DNA from: Raja brachyura
Taxonomy: Eukaryota
Direction of reading: 5' to 3'
Length of the DNA stretch: 64,000 bases
NCBI GenBank assembly: GCA_963514005.1
Contig: OY740804.1
Location: 4,774,001 to 4,838,000, forward strand
Shown here: one piece after another, positions 42,601-53,415 of the stretch
Layout: every line of letters begins with the position of its first letter
How positions within the stretch are numbered: position 1 is the first letter of the stretch
The notes under the pieces: generated by a model
Told to the model about the DNA's origin: nothing
The model's input: only the letters and a program-made list of their open reading frames with translations
The model's database searches: none
Translations under genes and position numbers: made by a program

Positions 42601-42835
42601 ACTTTCGCTAGATGTCAATGCGGGCTCTTGGTGTGGCTCAGTTAGCCTGGGACAGAAGTTCTCCTCCTCTCTCCAACGAGAATTCTGCAACACCCTCCCT
42701 CGCTGTTCCCTCTCTGTGATTCCTCCTGCTCTCCGGCTCTGCGATCTACATTTCCTTATCACCATCTGCTTTGATCTATCGTTTTCACGCCTTACCCCTT
42801 GCATATCTCCTGACTTCCTCCGCTCCCCGACACTC

Positions 42836-42870
42836 GGTCTGAAGAAGGGTCTCGACCCGAAACGTCACCC
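42836..42870 (+). ncRNA. Minimal type I hammerhead ribozyme motif in a Penelope-like element terminal repeat
   Basis: GGU-CUGAAGA-A-GGGUC UC GACCC-GAAA-CG-UC^ACC: intact core boxes, stem II, palindromic ACGU stem III, short stem I. Confidence 0.75.
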
Positions 42871-44672
42871 ATTGCTTCTCTCCAGAGATGCCGCCTGACC
42901 CGCTGCGTTACTCCAGCATTTAGTGTCTATCAAAGACACACGGCACTCCCTCCACGCACTGCAATGGGAAATGTTGAACCTAAACCTTAGCACATTCAAA
43001 GAAAAAACCTGTGAAAGCCAGCAAATGGGAACAGGCGGGCATCTCAAATGAGGAAGCACCAGAGTGACTGTCCAATTTAGCATTTGGAGAAGTTGTGGTT
43101 ATCTGTTGTTCCTGAGAAAAACCAGCTGCCTTACAACAGACTCTGGTGCTCGAGCTGTTCTCCACACCGTCCTTTCCCCAGCCTCTGAGTTCCTTCAAGG
43201 CATTTGTCTTGTGGCTTGTGAGCGGACCTGGACTGATCTGATGATGTGTCTCCACCCCAGCTCCTGAATCTGCAGAGTTTCACATGTGTTAGAGTCATAG
43301 AGTGATACAGTGTAGAAACAGGCCCTTCAGCCCAACTTGCCCACACCGGCCAACATGTCTCAGCAACACTAGTCCCACCTGTCCACGTTTGGTCCTCGTC
43401 CATCAAACCTGTCCTATCCATGTACCTGTCTAACTGTTTCTTAAATGATGGGATAGTCCGTGCCTCAACTACCTCCTCTGGCAGCTTCATCCATACACCC
43501 ACCAGCCTTTGTGTGAAAAAGACACCTCATGATTATTCCAGGTGGACGTGGAGTTTGAAACATCAGTGGCAGATCCAGCTTCCACCACAGGCCGGGAAGT
43601 TTAGTTCAATGGGGCACAAAGTGCTGGCGTAACTCAGTAGGTCAGGCAGTATCTCATGGTCTTGACTTGTAACGTCACATATCCATGTTCTCCACAGATG
43701 CTGCCTGACCTGCTGAGTCACCACAGGCAACTGGCTATTCAGCTTTAGTAAAACACAAAGTGCTGGAGTAACACTGCAGGTCAAGCTGCATCTCTTGGTG
43801 ACTTTCCATTAGTGACTTTAGAGGTACAGCATGGAAACAGGCCCTTTGGCCCATCAAGTCCATGCCGTCCAGTGATCACCCGGCACACTAACCCTATCCT
43901 ACACACGAGGAGCAAATTACAATTTTAACAAAAGCCAATTAACCTACAAACCTGCACGTCTTTGGAGTGTGGGAGGAAACTGGAGCACCTGGAGAAAGCC
44001 CACGCTGTCACGGGGAGAACGTACAAACTCCGTACAGACAGCATCCGAGGTCAGCATCAAACATGGGTCTCTGGCGCTGTAAGGCAGCAACTGTACCCCT
44101 GTGCCACCATGTCTCTACCCATAACATGTTCTCCAGCGATGTTGCCTGACCCGCTGAGCCATCACAGGCAGCTGGCTAAGCAGCTTTAGTAAAGCACAAC
44201 GTGCTGGAGTAAATCAGCAGGACAGGCAGCATCTCTGGAGAACATGGATAGGTGACGTTTAGGGTTGAGACCTGAATAAGGGGTAGGCCATTTAGGACTC
44301 AGATGAGGAACAACCTTTTCACCCAGAGAGTTCCACTTTATCCAGAGATAGTTCCTGACCCGTTGAGTTACTCCAGCACTTTGTGTCCTTTTGTGTATTA
44401 ACCAGCATCTGCAGTTCCTTGTTTCTACTAGTTCAATGGGGAAGTGGGTTGTAGTGAGATTGAACACAGGGTGGGCCAGAGTGAGAGACACGTTGGCTTC
44501 CTGTCACATGACCACCACTCAGGTCAAGCCACGCCCACAGGGAAGGAGGATCTGGGTGCCAGGTAGATTCAGGAGCAGTTCTGCTTTCACTGGAACTTGG
44601 GGAACATTCCCGGTGAAATGGGAATTAACACCAGCGGGAAAAGCATTAAAGTGCAACGGGATCTATGCAAAA

Positions 44673-44854
44673 GAAGAGAGACACAAAATGCTGGAGTAAC
44701 TCAGCGGGACGGGCAGCATCTCTGGAGAGAAGGAATGGGTGAGGAAACATCACCCGTCGGTTTCTCCAGAGATGCTGCCTGTCCCGCTGAGTTACTCCAG
44801 CTCTCTGTGTCTATCTTTGGTGTAAACCAGCACCTGCAGTTCCTTGCTACACAT
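44673..44854. mobile_element. Penelope-like fold-back remnant
   Basis: Long inverted repeat flanked by the 13-bp direct repeat gatctatgcaaaa (44660-72, 44855-67). Similar fold-back remnants at ~335-490, 4575-4770, 5730-5925, 7215-7420, 43610-43790 and 44195-44430. Confidence 0.7.
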
Positions 44855-44885
44855 GATCTATGCAAAACCAGGAACCTGTCTGAAG

Positions 44886-44920
44886 AGTCTGAAGAAGGGT
44901 TTTGTCCCGAAACGTTGCCC
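44886..44920 (+). ncRNA. Minimal hammerhead ribozyme motif, second Penelope subfamily
   Basis: CUGAAGA-A-GGG UUUUGU CCC-GAAACGUU^GCC. A related copy lies on the - strand at ~50041-50074. Confidence 0.6.
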
Positions 44921-45106
44921 ATTTCCTCCGCTCCATAGATGCTGCTGCACCCGCTGAGTTTCTCCAGCACTTTTGTCTACCTTCGATTTTCCAGCATCTG
45001 CAGTTCCTTCTTAAACCCATAAGTACAAAGGACATGTTTTTTATTGTTAAACCTCAGCTTGTGTTGCTGCAGTGTGAGTGATCTTTCATCATTAATGTGC
45101 CAACAG

Positions 45107-45430
45107 GGTCAAGGGGAGAAACTGAACCCGAGGAGGTGAGGGGAGAGTTGGGGCAGTCGGTCACTGTGGAATGTCCGTATGATCGGAAATACAGTGACTA
45201 CAGGAAGCGATGGGTTAAAGGTGATGATTACAGGTCACCTGAGACCGTGGTTTCTACTGATCGCCCACAACAGGAGAGAACATCGATGACTGAAGACAAA
45301 GCACAACGGATAGTTTCAGTCACCATCGACAACCTGGTGAAGAGTGATGAAGGACGCTACTGGTGTGTGATAGTAAAGGGAAGAAATTCACCCGTTGAAT
45401 CGACCCCCATCTCATTGAAGGTTTCTGAAG
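45107..45430 (+). CDS. CD300/pIgR-like receptor exon 2, Ig V-type domain D1
   Basis: caacag acceptor, gtacgt donor, phase 1-1. Motifs GQSVTVECPY, KRW, SVTIDNL..SDEGRYWC, typical of the CD300/pIgR/TREM V-set. Confidence 0.9.
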
Positions 45431-45789
45431 GTACGTTGACGATCTCTCCTCACTCTCCCAGATGTGAAAATTCCAGCCTGGGAATTCCGGCCTCAGTCCT
45501 GACGGTGACTCTGTGCCACACAGCCGGGGGTAGGGGTGAGGGTGGTGGGGGGGGGGGGGGGGTGCCTACCTCATTTACTGGGGTCCCGGCCCATGGGGCC
45601 ACACCAACAGCCCACTGTCCCAGGAGCAGTATGGGGGGGATGTCAGACACCAGCCCCACGGAAGGTCCCAGCTACCGGCGACTCATTTACCCAAAGACAA
45701 TCGCTCCGGGACCAGAACCTCTGCCGCCCCCTCACTGGGGCAGGTGGGGGAAAACCGGCCCCTCACCCACCAAGGTGGGGAAAGGGGTC

Positions 45790-46092
45790 AAGGGGGGAGG
45801 GGAGGGGGCAGGTTAGTAGAAGATACTTAAAATTAGAGAATTCAACGTTCAAACCGTTGGGTTGTAAATTACTTAAGCGTAATACGAGGCGTGGTTCCTC
45901 CAATTTGCATGTGGCCTTATTCTGGCAATGGAGGAGGCCCTGGACAGAAAGGTCAGTGTGGGAATGGGAAGGGACGTTGACAGGGTTGGCAACCGGGAGA
46001 TAAAGAAGGGTCCCGACCCGAAAAGGACACCCATCCTTACTCCAGCTCTTTGTGTCTGGAGTAACCAGCACCTGCAGTTCCTTGCTACACAT
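45790..46092 (-). mobile_element. Penelope-like element 3' fragment (end of the GIY-YIG endonuclease ORF)
   Basis: Minus-strand translation ...SHSHTDLSVQGLLHCQNKATCKLEEPRLVLRLSNLQPNGLNVEFSNF, the typical C-terminus of vertebrate Penelope ORFs. Confidence 0.75.
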
Positions 46093-46208
46093 GATCTATG
46101 CAAAACCATGCACCTGTCTGAACAGCACAAATGACATGTTTTTTATTGTTAAACCTCAGCTTGTGTTGCTGCAGTGTGAGTGATCTTTCATCATTAATGT
46201 GCCCACAG

Positions 46209-46529
46209 GGTCAGGGGGAATAACTGGACCCAAGGAGGTGAGGGGAGAGTTGGGGCAGTCAGTCACTGTGGAATGTCCGTATCGTCAGGAATACAGAGAC
46301 AACAGGAAGCTATGGAGTAAAGGTTATTATTACCATTTTTCTGATACCGTGGTTTCCACTGATCAACTACGAGAAGGGAGAACATCGATGACTGATAACA
46401 AAACAGAACGGATACTTTCAGTAACCATCGACAAGCTGGAGAACAGTGATGAAGGAAGCTACTGGTGTGTCATACATGTTCGACAGAAGTTCAATGAAAG
46501 GACCTTCATCTCATTGAAGGTTTCTGAAG
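46209..46529 (+). CDS. CD300/pIgR-like receptor exon 3, Ig V-type domain D2
   Basis: cccacag acceptor, gtacgt donor, phase 1-1. ITGPKEVRGELGQSVTVECPY...SDEGSYWC; ~62% aa identity to D1 by hand alignment. Confidence 0.9.
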
Positions 46530-48107
46530 GTACGTTGACGATCTCTCCTCACTCTCCCAGATGTGAAAATTCCAGCCTGGGAATTCCCGGTCTCGGTCCT
46601 GACGGTGACTCGGTGCCACATCACCGGGGGTCCGTGGGGGGAGTTTGGGGGGAGGTGATGGGAGGTAGGGACGACTCGCTGCATGGGGCCACACCATGAG
46701 CCCACTGTCCCAGGAGCAGTGTGGGGGTGGGGGTGTGGGGGGGGGGCATCAATGGGGACCGGCGGTCCTGCTGCTGGCGGCTCAGTTCCCCAAAGACGAT
46801 CTTTCCTGGACCAGAACCTCTTGTGCCCCCTAACTGGGGCGGGGGGGGGGGGGGGTGAGGGGGAACTGCCCCCTCCCCCTCTCCACCTGCCCGTCACTGT
46901 CACACTCACCACACACACAACATCTTAAGAAGGGTCCCAACACTAAACATTGTCAGTTCATTCCTTCCACAGATGCTGCCTGACCTGCTGAGTTACTCCA
47001 GCACTTTGTGTTTTGCTCAAGATTCCAGCACCTGCAATTCCTTGTCTCTCACAAACTTTGGTGATTCATGAGCTCAGTTTATTTCTGTCATCTGTATTGA
47101 GGTGACAACAATAATAGATACTTTAAAGAGAGGGCTAGATAGGGCTCTTAACGATAGCGGAGTCAGGGGATATGGGGAGAAGGCAGGAACGGGGTACTGA
47201 TTAGGGATGATCAGCCATGATCACATTGAATGACAGTGCTGGCTCGAAGGGTCGAATGGCCTGCTCCTGCACCTATTGTTTATTGTCTCTTGTTATGAAG
47301 GCAACTGAACCAATCTATCACCAACTAGAGAGCGGTCCTGACCTGTCATCTACCTCATTGTCTATTGTCTTTGAGGTGCAGGGAAAAGCTTTTACCATGT
47401 TTCCAATGAGGGCCAAGTCATTGGGTATTTTTAAGGTGGAGATTGACAGGTTCTCCATTAGTATGGGTGTCGAGCGATATGGGGAGAAGGCAGGAGGTTG
47501 GGGTTGAGAGGGAGAGATACTGTAGAACAGCCATGATTGAATGGTGGAGTACACCAAAATGGGCCAAATGTCCTCATTCTGCCCCTATCACATGAACATG
47601 AGCGAAGAATCCTCATGAGATGAGTGATATAGACTTTACACTGAGCCACACAAACTATACAAGATGAGATACTCAACGGGTCGGACAGCATCTGTGGAGA
47701 GAGAACGAGAGTTAATGTTTCAGGTAGAAACCTCCAACCAAATTGCATTATTTCCAATTCAGTCCGCGTAATGAAAATAGGCCATGCATGCCCCTGCTCC
47801 CAAGTTCTTGTCCAACGTAGAAGACATGTGCCTAACTCTAGCAGCGGGCAGATAACACAGCCTGTGGGACTCTGAAGGCCATGAAAGAAGTCTCCGAATG
47901 CTTGCGACCATCCGGTGGCATCTTAATGGGTGAGCCTCCTGTCTAGATCAAGAGGCTTGGTCCATCTATGGTGGCCTCAGAAGGATCTTTGCCCAATTGT
48001 ATGGAGTGGGATTCAAACCAAGAATCTTCCACACTCCACTAAAGTGGCACAGAACGTCCTTTCAGACATTTGATGTTCAAAAACTTCATTTTCTTCATCT
48101 CCACAAG

Positions 48108-48264
48108 GGTCTCAAACAAGCCGCCCAGACATGGTCACCACCACCTCTACAACAATAAGCACAAGGGCTTCCACCACAACCACTCTGACCACCCTGCCTC
48201 AAGATGCACCAACCACCAAGAAAGCAAGTGCCACTGAGGCTTCTGGTTCAACACCTCCAAACAG
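48108..48264 (+). CDS. CD300/pIgR-like receptor exon 4, mucin-like Thr/Ser/Pro stalk
   Basis: Pyrimidine tract plus acaag acceptor, gttagt donor, phase 1->2. SQTSRPDMVTTTSTTISTRASTTTTLTTLPQDAPTTKKASATEASGSTPPN. Confidence 0.85.
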
Positions 48265-48869
48265 GTTAGTAACTCGAAGAACCAACTCAACCTCACCTGA
48301 GAACAAATTAGTTAAGTTCAGTTCAGCTCAGTTTAAAGATACAGCGTGGAAATGGGCCCTTTGGCCCGCTGAGTGCGCTCTGAGCAGCGATCACCCCATA
48401 CACCAGTTCTGTTCTACACACTAGGGACAATTTACAGAAACCAATTAGCCTACAAACCCGCACGTCTTTGGAATGTGGGAGGAAGCCGGAGAACCTGGAA
48501 AAAACTTGCGATCACAGGGAGAACGTACAAACTCTGTACAGACAGCACCGGTTGTCAGGATCGAACCCGGGTCTCCTGCGCTGTGAGGCAGCAACTCTAC
48601 CACTGCGCCACCGTGCCAACCCATAATGGTCAGCATGGTCTCAATGGGCCAAAGGGCCTGTTCCCATGTCATATCTCTAAACTCTAAACTACTTTATAGT
48701 TCCTTAAATACCAATAGAATTATTCACAATGTTCTAGAATTTAACCTGCACTGCATTCAAGTCTAGTTCCATATTTTTACTTACCGGATCGAAACGCATG
48801 GTTTGTTACTGGGGAGGGAATCAGTCCTATTACTATGAGCTCGTCATTGGTTTTTCTTGTATTTTTCAG

Positions 48870-48985
48870 GCAGGCAGTTACATTTCCATGGCAGGTTGTT
48901 CTATCGATTGCCTTGACAATTGTCTTTCTTCTGTTCATCGCTGCCATTATCCTATGTGTAAAAATAAGGCAGAAAAAGAAAACTG
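48870..48985 (+). CDS. CD300/pIgR-like receptor exon 5, transmembrane: QAVTFPWQVVLSIALTIVFLLFIAAIILCVKIRQKKKT
   Basis: tatttttcag acceptor, gtaagt donor, phase 2->1. A 22-aa uncharged hydrophobic helix followed by a basic stop-transfer cluster. Confidence 0.88.
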
Positions 48986-50074
48986 GTAAGTCCCGTTGAA
49001 TGTACGTAAATATCAAGGGACACTCTTGGTGATGAACAAAGTTTGGCACTTCTCTCTGAGGTGCCTTTCACAAACTCAGACCATTCACCTAGCGTATAAC
49101 AGCAGGGAAAGACACCAAGTGCCGGAGTAACTCAGCGGGTCTGGCAGCATCTCTGGAGAACATGGACAGGGGACATTTCAGGGCGGCACAGTGGCAAAGC
49201 GGGAGAGTTGCTGCCTTACAACGGCAGACATCCGGGTTCGATCCTGACTAATGGTGCTGTCTGTGTGGAGTTTGTACGTTCTCCCTGTAAGCGTGTGGGT
49301 TCACACCAGAGAGACAGGCCCTTTGGCCCAACTCGTCCTTACTGACGCCCAAGGTGCTTCCCTACTCTAGTCCCACTTACCTGTGGTTGTCCCACATCAC
49401 TCTTAAAGCTTTCTTCTCCATGTATCTCTCCAAATGTCTTTTAAACGCTGGAATTGGACTTGCCTTTACCACTTCCTCTGTCGGTTTGATCCGTGGGATG
49501 AGAGTGGTCAAATCTGGGGTGAATTGACAGGAAGATGGGGCGAATATAATGGGATTGTGGGGATAAATGGAAATGGATGCTTGATGGGCCAGCATGAGCT
49601 CAAAGGGCCAAAGGGCCTGCTTCCATACTGATGGTTCTGTGAAAACCATCTGGTTGGAAGCTGCAATAATATGCAGAAGTGCATCAGTCTTATCCAGATT
49701 GAACAAGAATGTTTTCATCTGCAAATGGTGCAGAGGAAGTGATGGCCACAGGAAGCCAGGAGACGATTGAGATCTTTCAGAAGCAGAAGGAGACAAACAT
49801 ATTTCCCAACAGGTTCAGACGTCGACGTCCTGTTATTTAGCTAAGTGATGACACGTGAACCCACTGAATCTCCATGCAGTGAAATTATCCGGAAATTGTA
49901 AAGCCGTTTTGAAGTAGAACCCTTGGAAATGTCCAGGAACGGTGGATGTAAGATCTGCAGGAGGAAGGCAGGAGAGATGACTGGTGACAACTTTGCTGAA
50001 TTCATCAAGTCATAGAACTATACAGCACTGGAAGGAAATAGGCAAAGTTTCGGGCCAAAACCCTTCTTCAGACT

Positions 50075-50690
50075 AAATTGGCTGGGATTGACTGGCAAAC
50101 TATACTTGACAGTGGAGATGCAATGGCAAAGATTTAAAGACCGCAAGGAAGAACTCCAGAAATTGTTCATCCCTGTCTGGCGAATAAATAGAACTGGGAA
50201 GGCGGCTCAACCATGGCTGACGAGGGAAGTCAAGGATAGTGTTAAATCTAAGGAAGAGGCATATAAATTGGCCAGAAGTAGTGGCAAACCAGAGGTCTGG
50301 GAGAAATTTAGAACAGAGGAGGACAAAGGGGTTAATTAAGAGGGGGGGAAAGAGCATGAATGAAAGCTTGTGGGGAATATAAAAACTGACTGTAAACGTT
50401 TCTTTAGGTAAGTAAAAAGGAAAAGATTAGTGAAGACAAATGTAGGTCCCTTACATAAGATAGTTGTGAGTCTGTGGAACACTGCCACAGAAGGCAGTGG
50501 AGGCCAATTCACTGGATGTTTCCAAGAGAAAGTTCAATTTAGCCCTTAGGGCTAAGGGAATCAAGGAATATGGGGGAAAAAGGAATGGGATACTGATTTT
50601 GGATGATCAGCCATGATCATATTGAATGGCGGTGCTGGCTCAAAGGGCCAAATGGCCTACTCCTGCACCTATTTTCCATTTTTCCATGGA
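50075..50690 (+). mobile_element. Internally deleted CR1 LINE (post-endonuclease linker joined to 3' end)
   Basis: QWQRFKD...PWLTREVKDSVKSKEEAYK segment followed directly by 3'-end sequence. Confidence 0.75.
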
Positions 50691-51614
50691 AAAATTGTCC
50701 GTAATGCAGGATAACGTTAGTGTGCGGTGATCGCTGGTCGGTGCGGACTCGGTGGGCCGAAGGGCCTGTTTCCACGCTATGTCTCAAAACTATTTACCAT
50801 ATCCAAGAAATGGTAAATATGTTACCTGCCAGGTCATAATGAGGTTTCCCATGAGATTTAACATTGTTCTACAGTGAACTGTGTCATGAAGCAACTATTC
50901 CATAATCCAATGGAACTTCCTGAAGCTTTCATAAAATGCTACATAAATACAATATCCTACTTCGGACATTCTGATGCAGAAAATTTCCATCAAGTCTCTA
51001 TAATTTTAATAAAGGGTAGTGCAGTGGAGCAACTGGTAGAGTTGCAACTCGCAGCACCAGAGTCCAGAGTTCGATCCTGACCTCGGGTATTGCCTGCGTG
51101 GAGTTTGCACGTTCTCCCAATTGACCGCATGGGTTTCCTCCAGGTGCTCCGGTTTCCTTCCACATCCCACTTTGGGACAAGTACACGGATAGGAGAGGTT
51201 TAGAGGGATTTGGGCCAAATGCAGGCAGGTGGGACTCATGTAGATGGGGGCATGTTGGTTGGCGTGGCCAAGTTGGGCCGAAGGGCCTGTTTGCGCACTG
51301 TATGACCCAATCCCAAAGGTGTGTAGGTTAGTAGGTTAATTGACCTCTATAAATTGCCCCACTGCTATCGGTGGCAGCGAATTCCACAGATTCCACAGAT
51401 TCACAACTCTCTGGGTGAAAAGTGTATCTCTGGGAGAACTAATGTGAACGGGTGATCAATGGTTGGTGGGCTGAAGGGCCTGTTTACATATTGTATTTCT
51501 AAACTAAGTTTCATGAAAGGGAATCAAGTATGACATCAATGGATAAAATGCAACATTATCTTTGCGTGTTTGACTTCAAGTCCATATAAGATTTAATTCT
51601 CTTTTTTTTTTCAG

Positions 51615-51661
51615 GCTCAAATGGCCAGATAGGTCAGGAAAATCCAGCAGACAGTTTCACG
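51615..51661 (+). CDS. CD300/pIgR-like receptor exon 6, short cytoplasmic exon: (G)SNGQIGQENPADSFT
   Basis: Very strong poly-T cag acceptor, gtaagg donor, phase 1->0, bridging the TM and terminal exons in frame. Confidence 0.8.
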
Positions 51662-52173
51662 GTAAGGCAATGCCACAGCATGTTGTAGCCCCAGGGAAAT
51701 AAAGCAACCTTACTGGAGGTCACCCTTGAAGGGTCACACATCACATGACATATCGATCACTTGACCGCTCATAACATGGCACCTAAATGATCGAGTGCCC
51801 ATCCTTGGCCTTCTCCACTGCCTTGGTGAGGCCAGGCACAAACTCAAAGCACAACATCTGGGTTCAATCCTGACCACGGGTGCTGTGTGTGTGGAGCTTG
51901 CAGGTTCTTCCTGTGACCACCTGGGTTTCGTCTGGATGCTCCGGTTTCCTCTCACATCCTAAAGACGGGCAGGTTTGTAAGTGAATTGCCCTCCATAAAT
52001 TTCCCCCAGTGGGTAGGGAGTGGATGAGAAAGTGGGATAACATAGATCTAAGGTGGACAGGTGGTCAATGATCGCTGTGCGGCAGTAGGTCTACCAGCTG
52101 CACCACTGTGCCCATCCTTTCACTTCCTTTGTTGCCATTAATGGTCTCTACTGAGTTCACTCCTGTTGTCAGT

Positions 52174-52498
52174 GGGCGGCACAGTGGCACAGCGGTAGAG
52201 TTACTGCCTCACAGCGCCAGAGACCCGAGTTCCATCCTGACCTCGGATGCTGTCTGTGCAGTGTTTGCACGTTCTCCCTGTGACCGCCCGGGTTTTCTCC
52301 GGGTGATCCGGTTTGCTCCCACATTCCAAAGATGTGCAGGTTTGTAGATTAATTGTCTTCTATAAATTGTCCCCAAAGTGTGGGATGCGAATCTGGGATA
52401 ACATGGAACAACTGTTAACGGGTGATTGATGGTCAGCGTGGACTTGGTGGGCCAAGGGGCCTGTTTCCATTCAGCATCTCTAAACTAAACTAAACTAA
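52174..52498 (+). mobile_element. tRNA-derived V-SINE (HE1-like), full length
   Basis: tRNA-like head with A/B boxes, V-domain (gtttgcacgttctccctgtgacc), CR1-shared 3' end, (taaac)n tail. Confidence 0.85.
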
Positions 52499-52830
52499 GT
52501 AATTATGTTTAGGTCTGAAGAAGGTTCTCGACCCAAAATGCCACCAATTCCTTTTCTCCAGAGATGTTGCCTGACCCGCTGGTTACTCCAGCATTTTGTG
52601 TTTGCTGTCCTCAAAAAGGCAGCCAGCATCATCAGAGACCCACACCACCCTGGCCGCACTCTCATTTCACCACTGCCATCGGGAAGAAGGTACAGGAGTC
52701 CAAATCCCCAAGTCTCCATCCCCTCCCCTGAACGTCCAGGTTCAGGAACAGCTTCATCCCTACAGCCATCAGGGTGTTAAACACAGCAACCTCAAATAAG
52801 GTCCAAACTACATAGTCTTGGGGGCATTGG

Positions 52831-53023
52831 NNNNNNNNNNNNNNNNNNNNNNNNNNNNNNNNNNNNNNNNNNNNNNNNNNNNNNNNNNNNNNNNNNNNNN
52901 NNNNNNNNNNNNNNNNNNNNNNNNNNNNNNNNNNNNNNNNNNNNNNNNNNNNNNNNNNNNNNNNNNNNNNNNNNNNNNNNNNNNNNNNNNNNNNNNNNNN
53001 NNNNNNNNNNNNNNNNNNNNNNN
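52831..53023. other. Assembly gap (193 N)
   Basis: Run of n in the sequence. Confidence 1.
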
Positions 53024-53037
53024 CTGACACTATCTTT

Positions 53038-53370
53038 GAGAAAGAACTGCAGATGCTGGAAAAGTCAAAGGTAGACAAAAATGCTGGAGAAACTCAGCGG
53101 GTGAGGCAGCATCTACGGAGCGATGGAATAGGTGACGTTTCCGGTTGGAGATGTCAATGTTCAAGTAACCCTTGCTTTCCCTCTCTCTCCATCCCCTCCC
53201 CTTCCCAGTTCTCCCACCAGTCTTACTGTCTCCGACTACATTTTATCGCTCTACCGCCCACTCTCCTGACATCAGTCTGAAGAAGGGCCTCGACCCGAAA
53301 CGTCACCTATTCCTTCGCTCCATAGATGCTGCCTCACCCGCTGAGTTTCTTCAGCATTTTTGTCTACCTT
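53038..53370. mobile_element. Penelope-like element remnant (inverted pseudo-LTR pair with hammerhead)
   Basis: Inverted arms (aaaaatgctggagaaactcagcgggtgaggcagcatct... / ...agatgctgcctcacccgctgagtttcttcagcatttttgtctac), flanked by the 14-bp direct repeat ctgacactatcttt (53024-37, 53371-84). Confidence 0.75.
53274..53310 (+). ncRNA. Minimal hammerhead ribozyme motif (Penelope-associated)
   Basis: CUGAAGA-A-GGGCCUCGACCC-GAAACGUC^ACC, inside the element 53038-53370. Confidence 0.7.
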
Positions 53371-53415
53371 CTGACACTATCTTTAAGTAATTATGTTTCT
53401 CACTTGACTCCAAAG

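Noticed and set aside
45107-46529. Rearranging Ig/TCR V segments
   Set aside because: Each exon encodes a complete domain including the G strand and ends at a splice donor. The nearby cacagcc has no properly spaced nonamer.
52174-52250. tRNA gene candidates (also at 10406, 40733, 49181 and on the - strand)
   Set aside because: These are tRNA-derived heads of HE1-like SINEs, continuing into the V-domain and LINE-derived tail.
52662-53078. ORFs spanning the N run
   Set aside because: Artefacts of the assembly gap.
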